DNA of 64,000 nucleotides from Spizellomyces punctatus DAOM BR117 (lineage: Eukaryota): assembly GCA_000182565.2 (NCBI GenBank), contig KQ257453.1; one strand, written 5' to 3'. The position numbers and the translations under genes are program-made. This document shows, piece by piece, positions 49,414-63,212 of this stretch; position 1 is the stretch's first letter, and every line of letters begins with the position of its first letter. Below the pieces are notes generated by a model. The model did not search any database and was not told the DNA's origin. It worked only from the letters and a program-made list of their open reading frames with translations.

Positions 49414-51008
49414 ATGCGCGTTGGAGGACTTGCGTTAACGGTATTGGGATTCGCTGCATCATGTCGAGCAGGTAAGAAAACCAAATCACTATGCACACCA
49501 AAAAACCGATAAAAAACCATTTTCAAAAACAAAACTCATCGTCTTTAACAATACTCATCTTGTCCATTATATCCCTTCTTTTTTATGAAAAATATTATAG
49601 ACTGTTGCTACACGAGCACACCCACAACAACCCAAGACCAATCTCTCGTCAACTTGACAGTCTACTGGTCCCAAGCCTCTTTAACGGCCTATCACTATAA
49701 TGTCAAGGTCCAGTTCCCTGTATCCAATGTCATGAATGCTGCCCAACCGTTTCGGGCACCAGTTGGGACGGTGGTGTGCGAAAAGGAGGGTGAGAATGCT
49801 TGGGGGTGTACATCAAGGGATGCCAAAGGTGAGTTTTGTTTTGTTTTGAAAAAAAAAGTATGTGGAAATGTGGTTTTTTGAAAGGTTTGTTTTTTGGTTG
49901 GTTTATAGTGTTTTCAGCGCAATTCAATATGGCATTAACGGCGGCCCAAACGGGATCCCCATCAACAACCATAAGAATCGGAGACGAGAATGGAGAGTAC
50001 ACACTCTGTACACTCTCACCATGGTGTGAACTCCCTTCCGATAATACAAGCAACAATGATGATATCAATTACGGCCCATTCGGACACCACCCAAAATGGT
50101 TTGCCATTATTCTAGCAGGAGCCGGTGGACTCGCATTAGGTGCCATTGTATTCGGTGTCCTCTACTACCGAAACCATCGATCCCATATCGGGACAGAAGT
50201 CTCTCTCGCCCGACGACATGAAGAACAACATGGTCCGAGTCAAGAAGCGAAAATAAAACGAGTACCAACGGTCCGACAAGCGAGATCTGGTCGGGATTTT
50301 GCGGGGTCGGGTACCCTTTTGGGTGGATTGCCTGGGAATGAATCTACCGAGACGTTGATTTCTGGACGGGGGACTTTGGTGGGTGGTATGTTGTATCAAG
50401 CAAGTGTGGAACCGGTCAAAGGGGACGGATTGGAACGATCAAAAAGTATCCGATCGGTTCATGATACCCGATCCGTCGCCCATGATACGTCGTTGATGAG
50501 ACAGAAATCAACTCGATCGGTACGAGATGGAATCATACCAATCCCATCATCCATACCACCACCACCACCACCACCACAACAGCCAACAACAACATCACCT
50601 GCACATGGACATAAAACATCTCGAACAGTTAAACGCCAAGGAACTATTCTCCATCCCGAAACGTTATTCGAACCCCCTTCACATCCATATCGAACACGAT
50701 CGAAATCTATACGAGAACCACGACAAGTGCGCGAACCAGGACTGGATGGATATGTCACGGATAACACGCCAAGTAGAACCCGATCAAAATCGGCGCATAG
50801 AGAACAAGAACAGGGGTTCGTAGCCTCCGCTCGGCGTCGACGGTCAACCAAAACTCAACAAGGACAAGGTCGTATGGATGGACCTTGTGATGAAGGCTTG
50901 TCGCATGTTCCTAAACGAGACGCTAAATGGGAACCTAAATGGGAGAATGGGAGAACGAGAGCCTTGTCGAGAGCAGGACCGGTCCGCGAGACGGAACAGG
51001 GGTGGTAA
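49414..51008 (+). CDS. Type I membrane protein (signal peptide, Cys-containing ectodomain, TM helix, Arg/Ser-rich tail)
   Basis: MRVGGLALTVLGFAASCRA|DCCYTS...; TM segment WFAIILAGAGGLALGAIVFGVLYY; two introns; repeated RSKS motifs in the tail. Confidence 0.7.
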
Positions 51009-51166
51009 AAACCTAAAGTTTTGCATAAAAACACAAGAAAAAGAAAGAAAGAGTATGGAAAAGTAGCAATAGACTGTTTTCTTTGATACAATTTTGAAAA
51101 AGATTGAATAGGGTGTACGTGAACAATACCAATTATCTCAACATTCTTGAACAACTGCACAAATCT

Positions 51167-52963
51167 TCAAACCAAAAAAGCCCCAACAAAAGCCCCAACA
51201 CCCGCCCCAGTAACAGCTCCCAACCCCAACCCAACAGCACCCTCCTCAGCACTGCCAGCAATATCAACATGGGTATAACAAACCGGTGATGAAGAATCCA
51301 AGCCATGTTCAACAACACCAGAAGCAACAGATAGGAATGCAGCAGGGAATTGATGGCCTCGGTTGGTTTGTGTGGAGGCTTTGTCGTTGGCTTGGATGAC
51401 GTCTTCGGTGGGCGATGAGGCGGAAATAAACTAGAAGAAGTGTTTTAAAAAAGATTTTGGTTGGGGGGGAAATGGGGGGGGGGGGGGAGTACCTCAAAAT
51501 CTTCACGTCGCAAAGTCGATTTCTCAAACCCATCTCCAAAGACATGTCCTGCTCTACACAGTCGACCCGCAATATCCTCTTCACGTGCAGGGCCATTATC
51601 TAATGCGATGCCGTAGGGTCCTACAGCGCGTACGGCGTGCCCTGTGAGGGTTGCGACGGTGAAGAGGCGGGAAGAAGGGCGTTGGAGGGCGATGTCTTTG
51701 GCTTCGCAAAGGAGATCGGCCATGACCATTCGGCCTTCGGCGTCTGTGTTGCTAAGAGGGGGTGTTGGCATTTCTTTTAGGAAAATAAAAAAGAGGGGAG
51801 AGGAAAAGCTTACCCAACAAGAACTGTTATAAAAAAGATGAACCATTCAGAAACACAGCCGTAAATATCAAACACGAAAAGAATACGGGCATACCTCGAA
51901 CACCATGTCTAGAAACAATAATCTCATCACTGACATACCCATCCGCTCCAACACTATTCCTCACAAACCCTAACGCACACCAAACACCAATATCCGGTCT
52001 CAAAGACGCAACAGTTTTCATAAACCCCGCACAAGCAGCCGCTCCACATTTATCTCTCGACATGCCGCGCATGATACCGCCGGCTTTAATGTCCAAACCC
52101 CCTGTATCGTACGTGACGCCCTTACCGACTAGAAAGAGGTTTTCACGGGCAGAGGGGGGTGAGTATGTGAGGTGGACGACTGCGGGGTGGTGGCGGGGGA
52201 CGGAGAGGGAGGCGCGTGCGACGGCGTGGAGGAGGGGGTAAGATGTCCGAATGGTCTCCACGTCAGTGAGAACAGAAACTTGAACATCGGTCCCCTTGAA
52301 AACTTGTTGAATGTATTCAGCACATTTCAACGGCGTCATTCGTTCCGGGTCTGCACCGCCAATATCCTTTGCCACCCGTCTCCCCTCCTCAACAGCCACA
52401 GCAAACCGAATGGCTTCATGTACACCTTGATCCCCTTCAACACACACACCAATCTCATCAACCACTTCAGCCTCTTGTCCCATCTTGCTAAAATGTTCAC
52501 GAGCCTGAAGAGGGACATAGGCCTCTGCCAAAACACCCAACAAAGCAACTTCCAAAAACCTCTTGAAATCCCTCTTGATCCTTTCAGAATTATTTAAAGG
52601 AGACGGGATATACAGGATGGGTTTCTTGATTCCCGCCGCTCGCGCACGAGCCAACCCTTTTCGAGCCGCATCCGCGAACCGACGCACATCATCCACATCA
52701 CCGTGTATGGATCCCGTTGGGGAGAGTACGAGACGCGAGCCGGGGGCTGTTGGTGTCGTGTGGAATGTGACGGTTTTTTGAGCGGAGGCGTCTAGAGAGT
52801 GTATGGAAGTCATTAGCGATGCGAGGGGTTGGAGGATGGGACTGGATGCCCGCAGGGATGGGTCAGTGAACAGCACGACGAGACCGTCGTAGGTTGTGGT
52901 TTTGGCATTGAGGGCTTGGGTGAGGGGTTCACCGGTCAGAGGGACAAGACGAGGAATGCCCAT
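51167..52963 (-). CDS. M17 leucyl aminopeptidase family
   Basis: LVGKGVTYDTGG, MSRDKCGAA, NTDAEGRMVMAD, ATLTG, THVDIAG; stop at 51169-51167. Confidence 0.93.
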
Positions 52964-54309
52964 TATGTTCGAGTATCTTACTGGCGATTGGCGAGTTTGA
53001 AAAAAAGAAAGGAAAATGGTTGAGCACGGTCAAAACCATGGGTGTTCATGATCGTAGGTTTACGTTGGAGTCTTGTTGGTATGGCAACAATATCATTCCT
53101 CTAATTTCGTCCACCAAGCAAAACACTTGTAAAGAATAAGAGATATGCATATCCAGCAAACGAAATAAGACTAAATCCATCACAGCATTGAAAGCATGAA
53201 CGAATAGCCACTAGCACGTTAAAAAAGCCAAAAAAGCACTAGTTTCCATATTCGCCTTTTTATATCCCATCATATATACGCTCACGCAGGACAAGCATCC
53301 CTTCATGTAACCATCAAAACAAACGAAAAACATAAAGGACATGTAACCCATGGATAGTACATATGGACATTGGACGATGACTTTGCAAGTATTTAAATAA
53401 AGAAACACACAAATCTAGCAACCTCTGTATAATCCATCGGGATTGAGCTACCTATGAAGCCAATGAAAACATGAGCTCTTGACAGGAATCCTTCACCAAA
53501 GAAATACCATACCCCATTCATAACTACGGCTGCATGCAAAACGCTCTTCCTACGAATTCTCTCAAATGTCATGAACATCCAACACACTTTTGTAAACTCT
53601 TAAATTGCCTAATGCCGAGAAAACCTCATCCTAGGTTAATTCCATTAGAGTCCTGCCAAACTCATCAATCAAGGCAATAAAAACATAAACTTTAACCAAC
53701 GGAAAGTCTATCCAAAAGCAAAAAGAATACCATAACTATAGCTGCACGCTTGAAATTCCTCTCTTTCAAATGTCATAGCATCCACATTATCTTCACTCAA
53801 AATGGCGTTTATTTACTTTTATATTATTGTGGCCGCACGGCAACTCTGTTCACTTTCCTCGTTTGAATCTCATTTCTCACAATGTCATATCCTATACTTA
53901 CGTTTAGTTTCCAAAGCCAAAGGAAATTCCTGTCATAAACATCTACACTTGGTCTCCACCTGAACGACCATTATCCTACATATCCCAAAAAGTTCAAAAA
54001 AAAACCAATATATTGTACACACAACCATTTTTTTGTGTTTCTTTACAAATTACAAAACATCCCATCCTCCCTCTCCCACAGCACAAACAAGTCCCGACTT
54101 CCATTTTCCCATTCGCGTAGATGTAACCTATACGATTGAGTCTTCAATAATCCAAAAACAACCCTAGATTTTCTTTTTTGTACATTTTCATTTTGTTGGG
54201 CTGCGGAGAGAGGGACACACTCATTGTACCCCCAATATCCATTCCGATCGTAAGTGCACCGATTCGGGTAGAACGTTGAACGAGTTTTTCAAAATGTCGG
54301 TAGATGAAT

Positions 54310-56590
54310 CTAAGCATGAGCTTTCCGCCTCATAAACAACCTACTATGCTCCAAATCTAATTCAAACACCCCCTTTTTCCTAGGTTCACCCACAGCAGTA
54401 TGTCGTTTCTGTGGAGCAGGTGAATAAGGAACGACGCCTCCTCGGACTGTTCCAATGGGTTCCGGTACCGTTTCCCCCTCGGCAATGGATTGATAGACTG
54501 CAAACGGAGCGCCCAGCATTTCCTTTGTAATACCGTCCGGGATGGGATGGGGGGTTTTGATGCGGTGGTAGGGTGTGGGCGGGGACGCGGCGGGGGCGGC
54601 TGTAGGGGGTGTATGAAGGGTCGGTAGGGCCGGCCAGGAAGGATATGTGCGTTTAGAAGGGTGGGAAAAGGTTTCGCCTTTCATCCATGGATGAGCAAGG
54701 AATTGGTCAATCGTGTAGCGCTTGGCGGGGTCCACTTCGAGGAGGTGGCAAATCACGTCCTTGGCTTCGGCGGAAATGTCGTCCCACCAAGGGGATAGGA
54801 ATGCGAATTGGCCATTCGCGACTTTTTCAGTAAGGCCTCGAGGATCGTCGTCAAAGAACGGGGGAAAGCCAGAGAGGAGGGTGTATAACACGCAGCCGAG
54901 GGCCCACATGTCAACACCCTTGGAGTAACGTTGATCGCGGAGGATTTCGGGGGCAGTGTACCCAACGGTTCCGCAAGGCGTTTTGGTCGTGGCGTCGAAT
55001 ACAACTTTGGAGAGACCGAAATCGGCGATTTTGACGAGTCCGATTCCGGCGCCGCCTATACCGGGGACATAATCGTCTTGTACATGTTCATCTCCCGTTT
55101 TGCGGATCGTGCGGATGGGGTTGGGTGGTATGGGTTCAAAAAGGAGGTTTTCCAATTTAATGTCCCGGTGCACGACGCCGCGTTCTTGGTGGAGGTACCG
55201 GAGGGCGTCACCGACTTGTTTCACAATGTGTCTGCAGATGGATTCGCTAAAGCAGACTTGGCTGACGAGTTGATGAAAGATTTCGCCCCCGGATGCGAGT
55301 TCGAGGACGAGGGCGTAGTGGAGGGGGGTTTCGTGAAAGTCGACAAGGCGGATAATGTTTGGATGGGAGAGACGGCGAAGGAGGGATGTTTCACGGAGGA
55401 CATTGTTGCGCTGGGACGAACCGAGAGTTTTCGCATGAGACCTCCCAAAGCATCTCGTCAAGTACAGAACAAAGCTTACCTGCTGCTCATTCAACTGATG
55501 TTTGGCAACGAGTTTGAGTGCGACCAAATAATTTGTTTTGGTATCAATTGCTTTGTACACGATACTAAATGCGCCCCTATCAAACGAGAAGGAGAAAAAC
55601 AGGGTGAGCAATATTGTCACTTTAATTGACGCACACAATCGGTGACGCTCTCAAGCGCCATGCGTCTTGCTCCCTGCCCGCATGCCCCCCATGACGAGCG
55701 TTAACGGTGAGCGCTAGCGAGTCATGTCCCAAACTCCAAAAACTAACCCAAGCCCAACTCGAACGCAAAAGCGAACGCAAAGACCAACCCGAACCCGGGC
55801 ACGAACACGGGCCCGAAGCCGAACACGAACCCTAACCCAAACGCTAAACTAACGGAACCTAATCCAAACTCTAACCCAAAACCCTAAACGTAAACGACAC
55901 TTACTCTCCCATTTTATCTACAAGCCGATAGCGATTCATGTAAGGATAAGCGGCCACAACGGGCTTTTCCCAATCCGCCTTGCTGGCGACATGAACATAG
56001 TCTCGAACTTCAGCAGTCTTTTCCACGACGCTAGTTTCATCCCAGCGGATCCCTTTTTGCCGTTCCTTGCGCGATTGTTCCTTGCGAGTCTGTTTAACGT
56101 GTCGTTCATCAATGTCTTTTGGGGGTCTAGCGAGCTCAGAGTCCATCTCTTTTGGCAGTGCCTTCTTTACGAGTTCAGAGTCTAGTAGAGAGGAGCGTTT
56201 CTTTTTCCGCCTTGTCTTTGTCGTTGTTGTTGTCGTTGACGATGAAGGTGCTTGACGTGACGAACTGTGAGTCGAGAGGGAGAGGGAGGATAAAATGTGT
56301 GAAAACCAGCTCTTGTCCTCGTCGTCCTTGTGTTTTGGAGAAGGAGTGGTCGAGTTTGAGACGGACGAAGAAGAAGAAGACGAGGACGGGGAATCCGAGG
56401 GGGAAGGCGTCAAAGAAGAAGAAGAAGAAGAATAAGAATCCTCTGGTAAAGGAACCGTGTGAGGAGTGTGCTTGTGGTGGAGAGGTGAGTCTACTCTGGT
56501 GCTGTTGTTTGTCGAATGGGCAAGATCGCCTGGCTCTTGGGGGGCAGACGAAGAAGAAGGACGAAGAAAAGAAAGCAAGTTGGATGCCAT
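54310..56590 (-). CDS. RCK2: CAMK-family MAPK-activated kinase, Rck2/Srk1-like
   Basis: YRLVDKMGE|GAFSIV, HRDIKLENLLFEPI, the family-typical insert ending PGIGGAGIGLVKIADFGLSK, TPCGTVGYTAPE. Introns at 55904-55577 and 55479-55411. Confidence 0.85.
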
Positions 56591-57536
56591 TCAAAAATAA
56601 CGAGTCCCGTATTAAAAAAGTTACAAGGAAAGAAAAAAAAAAAAAAGATGATGATGATGAAGAACTGCAAGGTTGAAATCGTGTATTTATAAATAAAAAG
56701 TGTGAAATGGTCATGATGACATCAAAAGGATATTTCCAATGACGATAATCATGTGATATATCATGTGACTATGGCTGTGAAAGGTCATGTGATGCATTAT
56801 GTAATTGCTTACGATGGTTGGATAACGTAATCAGTGTGAGGGAGACAAGTGTGAAATGCTTGCATTCTTTGCAGGGAGAGAATCAACAAGAGAAGACAAA
56901 GATGAGAGAGAGAGACAAATCCATTTCATTCTCATAGGAGAGACTCATAGGAGAGATATTCACTTTTGTAATTGGGAATTTCTTTTTTATGCGAGTGTTA
57001 AAAGGAGTCTTGTTGGAATGTTGGTGGTGATTTTCAAACGAGTTTGGATTATTCCCTCCATCTGCCCATGTTCATTTGTATTGTGTTTTGGATCAACTCG
57101 ATCTCTTTAAACTCGCTTCACACTCCCTTCACACTCCCTTCACACTCCCCCTTCACACACAAAATGTCCATTCTTTACAGTCGTATATTCATTCATTCAT
57201 TCAATCCCTCTTGCTCTATCGCTCTCCATTTTCTATTCACACTCTTTATTCACGCCCCACTCTTTCCTTTTAAGCTTGATCTTGATTATATCCCACTTTT
57301 ATCCATCACACATTCTGCAAATAGACCCCTCCCTTTGTCCCGTACGCCTCTCGCGCGTATGGCACAGTCATGCACAATTTATCAATTATAGGATTAGGTT
57401 CTTTATAGTGGCACAGTCATACTATTTATTCATATATATATACGCTGTTTGGTTTTTTCTTCTTTCTCGTTTTGTTGGTTTTTGGAGATTTCATTCACTT
57501 GTTCAAGGGCATTGTCGTTTTGCGGATTCATTTATC

Positions 57537-59318
57537 ATGGCTGTTGATCAAGGTGAGTGCCTATTGACGCGAAAGAGAGAGAGGGAGGGAGGAGAGAGAA
57601 CGCGCGCGTGGACCAAACAAGAATTCAAACATGCACAATGCTCACCTACTGTTTGTTTTCACGCTCCCCTCATCTCGCGCAACTAGGACCTCGCCAATTC
57701 ACCTGGGAAGAGATTGAGAAATCCATTCCTCCCTCAGGGACGCGCCCCACGCACCTAAAGGCTCCCGCCTACATGGTCATCAACAACAAGGTGTATGACC
57801 TCTCCACTGGCTTCTTTTCCTGGCATCCCGGAGGCGCCGTTGCATTTTCCCAATTGGGCAGAGACGCATCCGGTGCATTCCAAGTCTTTCACCGTGACCA
57901 CACCCACGAGATTCTCGCCAATTTCTATGCCGGCGATTTAGCTCCCTCTGAAATCAAAAAAGATTCCGGGTTCGCGCAAGACGTTCAGCAATTGTTGTGC
58001 TTGATTGAAAAGAATGGGTGGCTCGTGTCGTCAAAGGCGTGGTATGCCGTCAATATGCTCGGCACACTCTCCATGGCTCTCGTTGCCGCGTATTTGGTTT
58101 TATACCACGGCCAGTCTCTTGTAGCCGTTTGCGTTTCAGCCTCCCTCTTGGCCCTCTTTTGGCAACAATGCGGCTGGCTCTCGCACGATGTTCTCCACAA
58201 CCAACTCTTTGAAAGCCATTTCTTGAACGACGCTGTGGGTTACTTTTTCGGTAATGTCTGCCAAGGCTTTTCCGTCTCGTGGTGGAAACACAAGCACTGC
58301 ACGCACCACTCGGTTCCCAACGTTCATTCCGGCGACCCCGACATTGATACCCTCCCCTTTCTCGCTTGGTCTGAACACGCCCTTGAAGGCTTTAGCGATG
58401 TGTCGGATGCAACGCTGGCCAAATTCCTCGTCACGTACCAACCCATCTTGTACTTTCCCTTATTGTGCTTTGCGAGGTTGAATTGGGCCCTTTCGAGTTT
58501 GATGTGGGCGTTGGCGCCAGGTGTCTTTCCGCTTCGACAAGGGGTGGAAGTTGGGACGTTGGTTTTGCATTGGGCGTGGTATTTGGGGTTGGCGTCGAGG
58601 TTGGGGATGGGGTATGCGCTGCTTTGGATGGGCTTGTCCCAAGCCGTTTGTGGTGTGCTTTTGGCTGCCGTCTTTTCCGTCAATCATGTGAGTACAAACA
58701 AACGAACACACGAGCGTCCAGCGAGTGTGTGCGTAGCAAGTCTGTTGCGTGCAAAGCGTGTTGGTTTTTTCTTGCGAGTTTTTCGTGTGCAAGAGCGTTG
58801 CGTTTTGTTTGATCGAGTTTTCGTGTTGCACGATTGTATTCGCTCAAGTGCTCAAGTGTGTGCAGCAGTGTGTACCCAAAGAGTGCAACGACTGTTGGCA
58901 TTCTGTTTTGACTCTTGGCTATCGCCACCAACACTCTGCCCACACACAACCCTTTCAAAAGTACTCGATCACAACCGCACTCACACGTTTTCTCATTTTA
59001 CAGAACGGCATGCCAATCTACACCCCATCCGAAACAACCTCTCTAAACTTTTACGCCCTCTCCATCCTAACCGCCCGCAACGTCTCACCCACCCTCTTTA
59101 CAAACTGGTTTACGGGCGGCCTAAACCACCAAATCGAACACCACATGTTCCCCATGGTTCCTCGACACCATTTACCCCAACTCGTCCCATACGTTAAAGA
59201 CTTGTGCAAGAAACATGGGATTGAGTATTGTGTTATGGGGTTGGGTGAAGGGTTGGGTCAAGTGGTTGGGAGGTTGGGACATGTTGCGGGATTGGTTCGG
59301 AAAATGCATTTACAATAA
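57537..59318 (+). CDS. Front-end (delta-6/delta-8) fatty acid desaturase with a cytochrome b5 domain
   Basis: HPGG, HDVLH, WWKHKHCTHH, QIEHH. Introns at 57553-57686 and 58688-59003. Confidence 0.95.
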
Positions 59319-59557
59319 TGCTTTTTTTTGGTGGTGGGTTATAGAAATACTTGATGTTTTCTGATATAAACTCGAATCAAAAAAAAATGGGGTGCTTGTA
59401 TTATCGAAAACATACAAAAGAAAACCATTTGCAAAAAAAGTTCCTCGCATTATAAAACTGTGTTTTTGTTTATACCCCACACAACCATCCTATTCCTATA
59501 CTCCCAAAAAAAAAAAGGCGCCCATTTGCAAAACGCAACAAAAAAAACCATTCCAAA

Positions 59558-62097
59558 TCATTCAATAAGACTAATGAGTTCCTTGACATACTAAACAACA
59601 AATCCCCATTAGCAAACAAAAAACACTCTCAAAACACCCTTTCAAACTCTTGATCTCACCTTTGCAATCTCATAAGAACTACTCGCCAACCTCTGCTTCA
59701 AACTCTTTGACCCCGGCTCAGAAACCATACTCTTACCCAACTCCTCCAACCGAACATTCGCCGCACTCAAATCCGATAAAATACCTTCACCTCTCGACCG
59801 GAATTCCATTGCAGATGGTTTGGACAAGGTGGATTGAGAGACGGTGACGAGGTTGTCTACTATAGAGGTAATCCCGGAAACGGTGGCGGAAAAGTCGGGG
59901 GTGAGGGTACTGGTTTGTCGCATGGCGATGAGGAGGGTTTGGATGGCTTGCACGATTTGGTCAGTTTGTTTTTCGAGGAAAATCTTGAGATGTACTGGTT
60001 TTAGAAAAGTGATTCGTTACCCAGAAAATGTTTTTTTTTCGCATACACACCTTTAATTCATCAATCTCAAAACTCTCTGGTCGAACCCTCTCCTCCCCCC
60101 TCTTCAACCTCAAACATTTAACCAACTCCACAATCGTCGACGTCAATTGCGTAGCAGCCCCATCCAACACCCCAACATTCGCACTCCCCAAACTCGTCGC
60201 ATGGACTTTGGCCGCATTCATTAAATTATTGAGTGCACCCGCTAATTGGTTCTTTGTGTCTGCCAGTTGGTCCCGTTCGCTGTCGGTTAGAGACGATGAG
60301 GTGGATTCAAAGGTTTCAGTGTCTTCGGTAATGTTTTTGCAGGCTATTACGATGGCTTTCATGGCTACTAGGACGCTGGTGGGTACATCCGAGCTACGAC
60401 CAACAAAGATGCATTTTAGCATAACCCTCTCGAGTAGTATACAGTACGCTTGGAAGGACATACCGAGCAGCACGCAAAAGATCATCCACAGCACTTTGGT
60501 ACGCCGTCACCCGACTCCGATCAATCACCCCATCATCATCTCCAAGATCATCTCGATTGAAATCAATATTGGGCGTATCCCTCGGTCCTAAAAGCAGCAT
60601 GTCACATCTCACCCGCCATCCAAATCAAAAAACACAATCTGTTACATACCACTTGCACCTTCTTCCCCTCGGTATCGAGCCAGCTACAAAAGAAAAAGGT
60701 CATCAAGTAAACACATTGACGCAAGACACATTTGGAACACACCTCATCCCGTAACTGCTTAATAACACCCTTATCCCGCTCCCGCTCCGCAACCAACTCT
60801 TCATTTTTTCGAGACAAGGATTTGATTTCATCCAATAAGTTTGTCGCCTCCGATCGAATATCATTTGCAATCTACCATCCAAAACAAGAATGATCAAAAA
60901 ACACACAAAAAATACACAATACACATCGAGTATGGACCTGTTGCTGATTATTATAATCATCTTGAAGCGACTCGAAATCTTCCTTTAGCTTTGTGTACTT
61001 TGCATCAAGGGTTTCTAGTTTTGCGGCTTGTTCGGCGTTGATCTGCGAATACAATGAGCATCTTCCCACTCGCACTGTTTGACACTTGTAACATGAATAC
61101 CTTGTGTTGAACACCCAGCTTATCTTCTAGGTCAGCTACCCTGTCTTTGCTCTTCAATGTTTCCTATAAAAACAACGTCAAGGATGCAAAAGAGTAATAC
61201 CAAAAATTAAAGGGCACGTACTGCGAGTTCGAGTTCAAGTTGTTTGACACGGGCTTGCATGCCTTCGTACTCTTTCTTCAATTTTTCAACATCAGCAGAT
61301 CCAGCAGCGTCCTAAAAAAAGTCATTAATTAAAATTCACAAATACAAACCAAAAATTCCAAGAAAACCACACAAAACTTACATAACCCCCTTTGGGACTC
61401 GTCAACATACTCCCCAAATCCGCCATCAAATTATCCAACGACGTAAAATTGACAGCTCCAATCTCTGCACTCTTTGGTCCATTCGCAGGAGCCGACAACG
61501 CCTTCCCTTCATACGGCTGCGAATACTGTGTCTCATACATTTGGGTATTGGCATATGGCACGGCGCTGGTGACTTGCACCGTCTTGGGTTCAGGAGATAA
61601 CGATAATTGTGGACCATTGGTGATTGGTGCGGATGCAATGCGATCTGGAGATTCGAGGGTCCCGTATTTGGCATTATAGTCTTCTACGATGGTTGGGAAA
61701 CGGCGTTCGATTTCGTAGTATACGTCGCTGGCGAGGTCTTTGAAGCGGGAACTGGGGAGGGTGGCGAGTTTTTGGCGGGCTTGGTTGCGTTTGGGGTGAA
61801 AGTCGTCTCGGACGGGAAGAAAGGGGACTAAATATCCAATGGGGTTTAGGTTTTTGTCATAAATATCTCTAACCTGTCTATTCGTCAAAGCTCACCCTCT
61901 TTTGAATCCAACTGCCTTCGATTCATCTCATCAAACACATCTGTGGACAGCTCTGTAAACTGCTGTTTAGTTAGCCTCGTCAACTTTTCTCGTGCTGACG
62001 TCCGCTGATTGCTCTGATTCCCCGACGCCCGCTGACTTTGGAGGTATGCGGACAGGTATGACCGTAGTCGTTCGTAATGCGTACTAGCGATATCCAT
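59558..62097 (-). CDS. SPA2: Spa2/GIT-family polarity scaffold
   Basis: Two Spa2-homology repeats (AREKLTRLTKQQFTELSTDVFDEMNRR; ARQKLATLPSSRFKDLASDVYYEIERR), a coiled coil, and a C-terminal helical domain ending SYEIAK|YVKELISLIE. Confidence 0.88.
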
Positions 62098-63212
62098 GAC
62101 CTGTATAGTATCTCTCCCATTAGAGTCTCAAATACTCGACCTTTTTGTCCGAAATGCCAAACTTACTTGATCCTGTGACATGATGTTGGGGTGATAGGGA
62201 ATAGTATTCTCGTAATGGCCCAATGTTCGGACGGAAATGCGGGGTATGAAAAAGTCTCACACTATGGGATATATGGCGGTTTTCTTTGTAAATTGTTTCG
62301 CAAGAGGTATCAACCGTAATGTGTTCTATAAAAGAGTTCTTCCCAAAGGACGGCCAAAAAGATGGTGATGGCCGCGCAAAGAAAAAAACTGGTTTTTGGC
62401 GGCCGGCCGCGTCCAAGACCCAAGTTACGATTTTCAACCCGTTCGTTTTATCGCCTTGTCGTCGTCGTCGTCGTCGCTTGCAACTCTAGTTGTCCTTACT
62501 AAAGCCCGCTTCCTCCAAACCCTCTATAAGAAAAAGCCCCGCTCGAAAGGCAAAAAAAAAAAACTAATGGGCCAAAAGGGCTTTTCGTCCGCTTCCCGCG
62601 GTTGGAAGTAGTTATTGATTTTTGGTAACAACCGCTAGTCATGTGATATTGATTATGGAAGGATTTCATTCTTTGCCTTTTGGCTTTTAGTTTTCTTGTA
62701 GGTGATGCATGGCGATGGAGAAGTGTGCTGACGGTTCGGTTGCATGCTTGTTTTTGTGTTGTTGTTGTTGAAGGGCTGCTTGAGCTCATTGCATTGGATT
62801 GGAAACAATGTCCATTTGCGCGATAGCAGGCCCATCTGAACGCTTCACACTCTACAAGCACACTTGGCCCCATGTAACACTTGATAACTTTTTGCTCGTT
62901 CATTCCATGTAAACCCATTGGCATATATCTGGGAATGAACCACCCATATATCAACTCAAAACTCTAGCATCCATACCGATTTGGTGCATACTCTGGCAAC
63001 TTGCAAACTAGTGGTTAAAATAGACCCTAACATGACCCCATTGGACACACGATCAACTGTATCCATTGTCCGCCCACATTTCAAAAAATCCCAACTAGAA
63101 CAGTTACTTGATCATATCCACCTGAAATATAGGTTTCTCATCATAAACATTTCTAGTGCGTATCTGTTCCACTTTTGTATTTTTCTACTGTCCTTTCCAA
63201 AAAACCCAAGCA

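Noticed and set aside
46967-51487. Simple repeats: (GAG)n at 46967, (CA)n near 47725, (CCA)n near 50555, poly-G at 51463-51487
   Set aside because: Ordinary microsatellites and homopolymers with no further structure.
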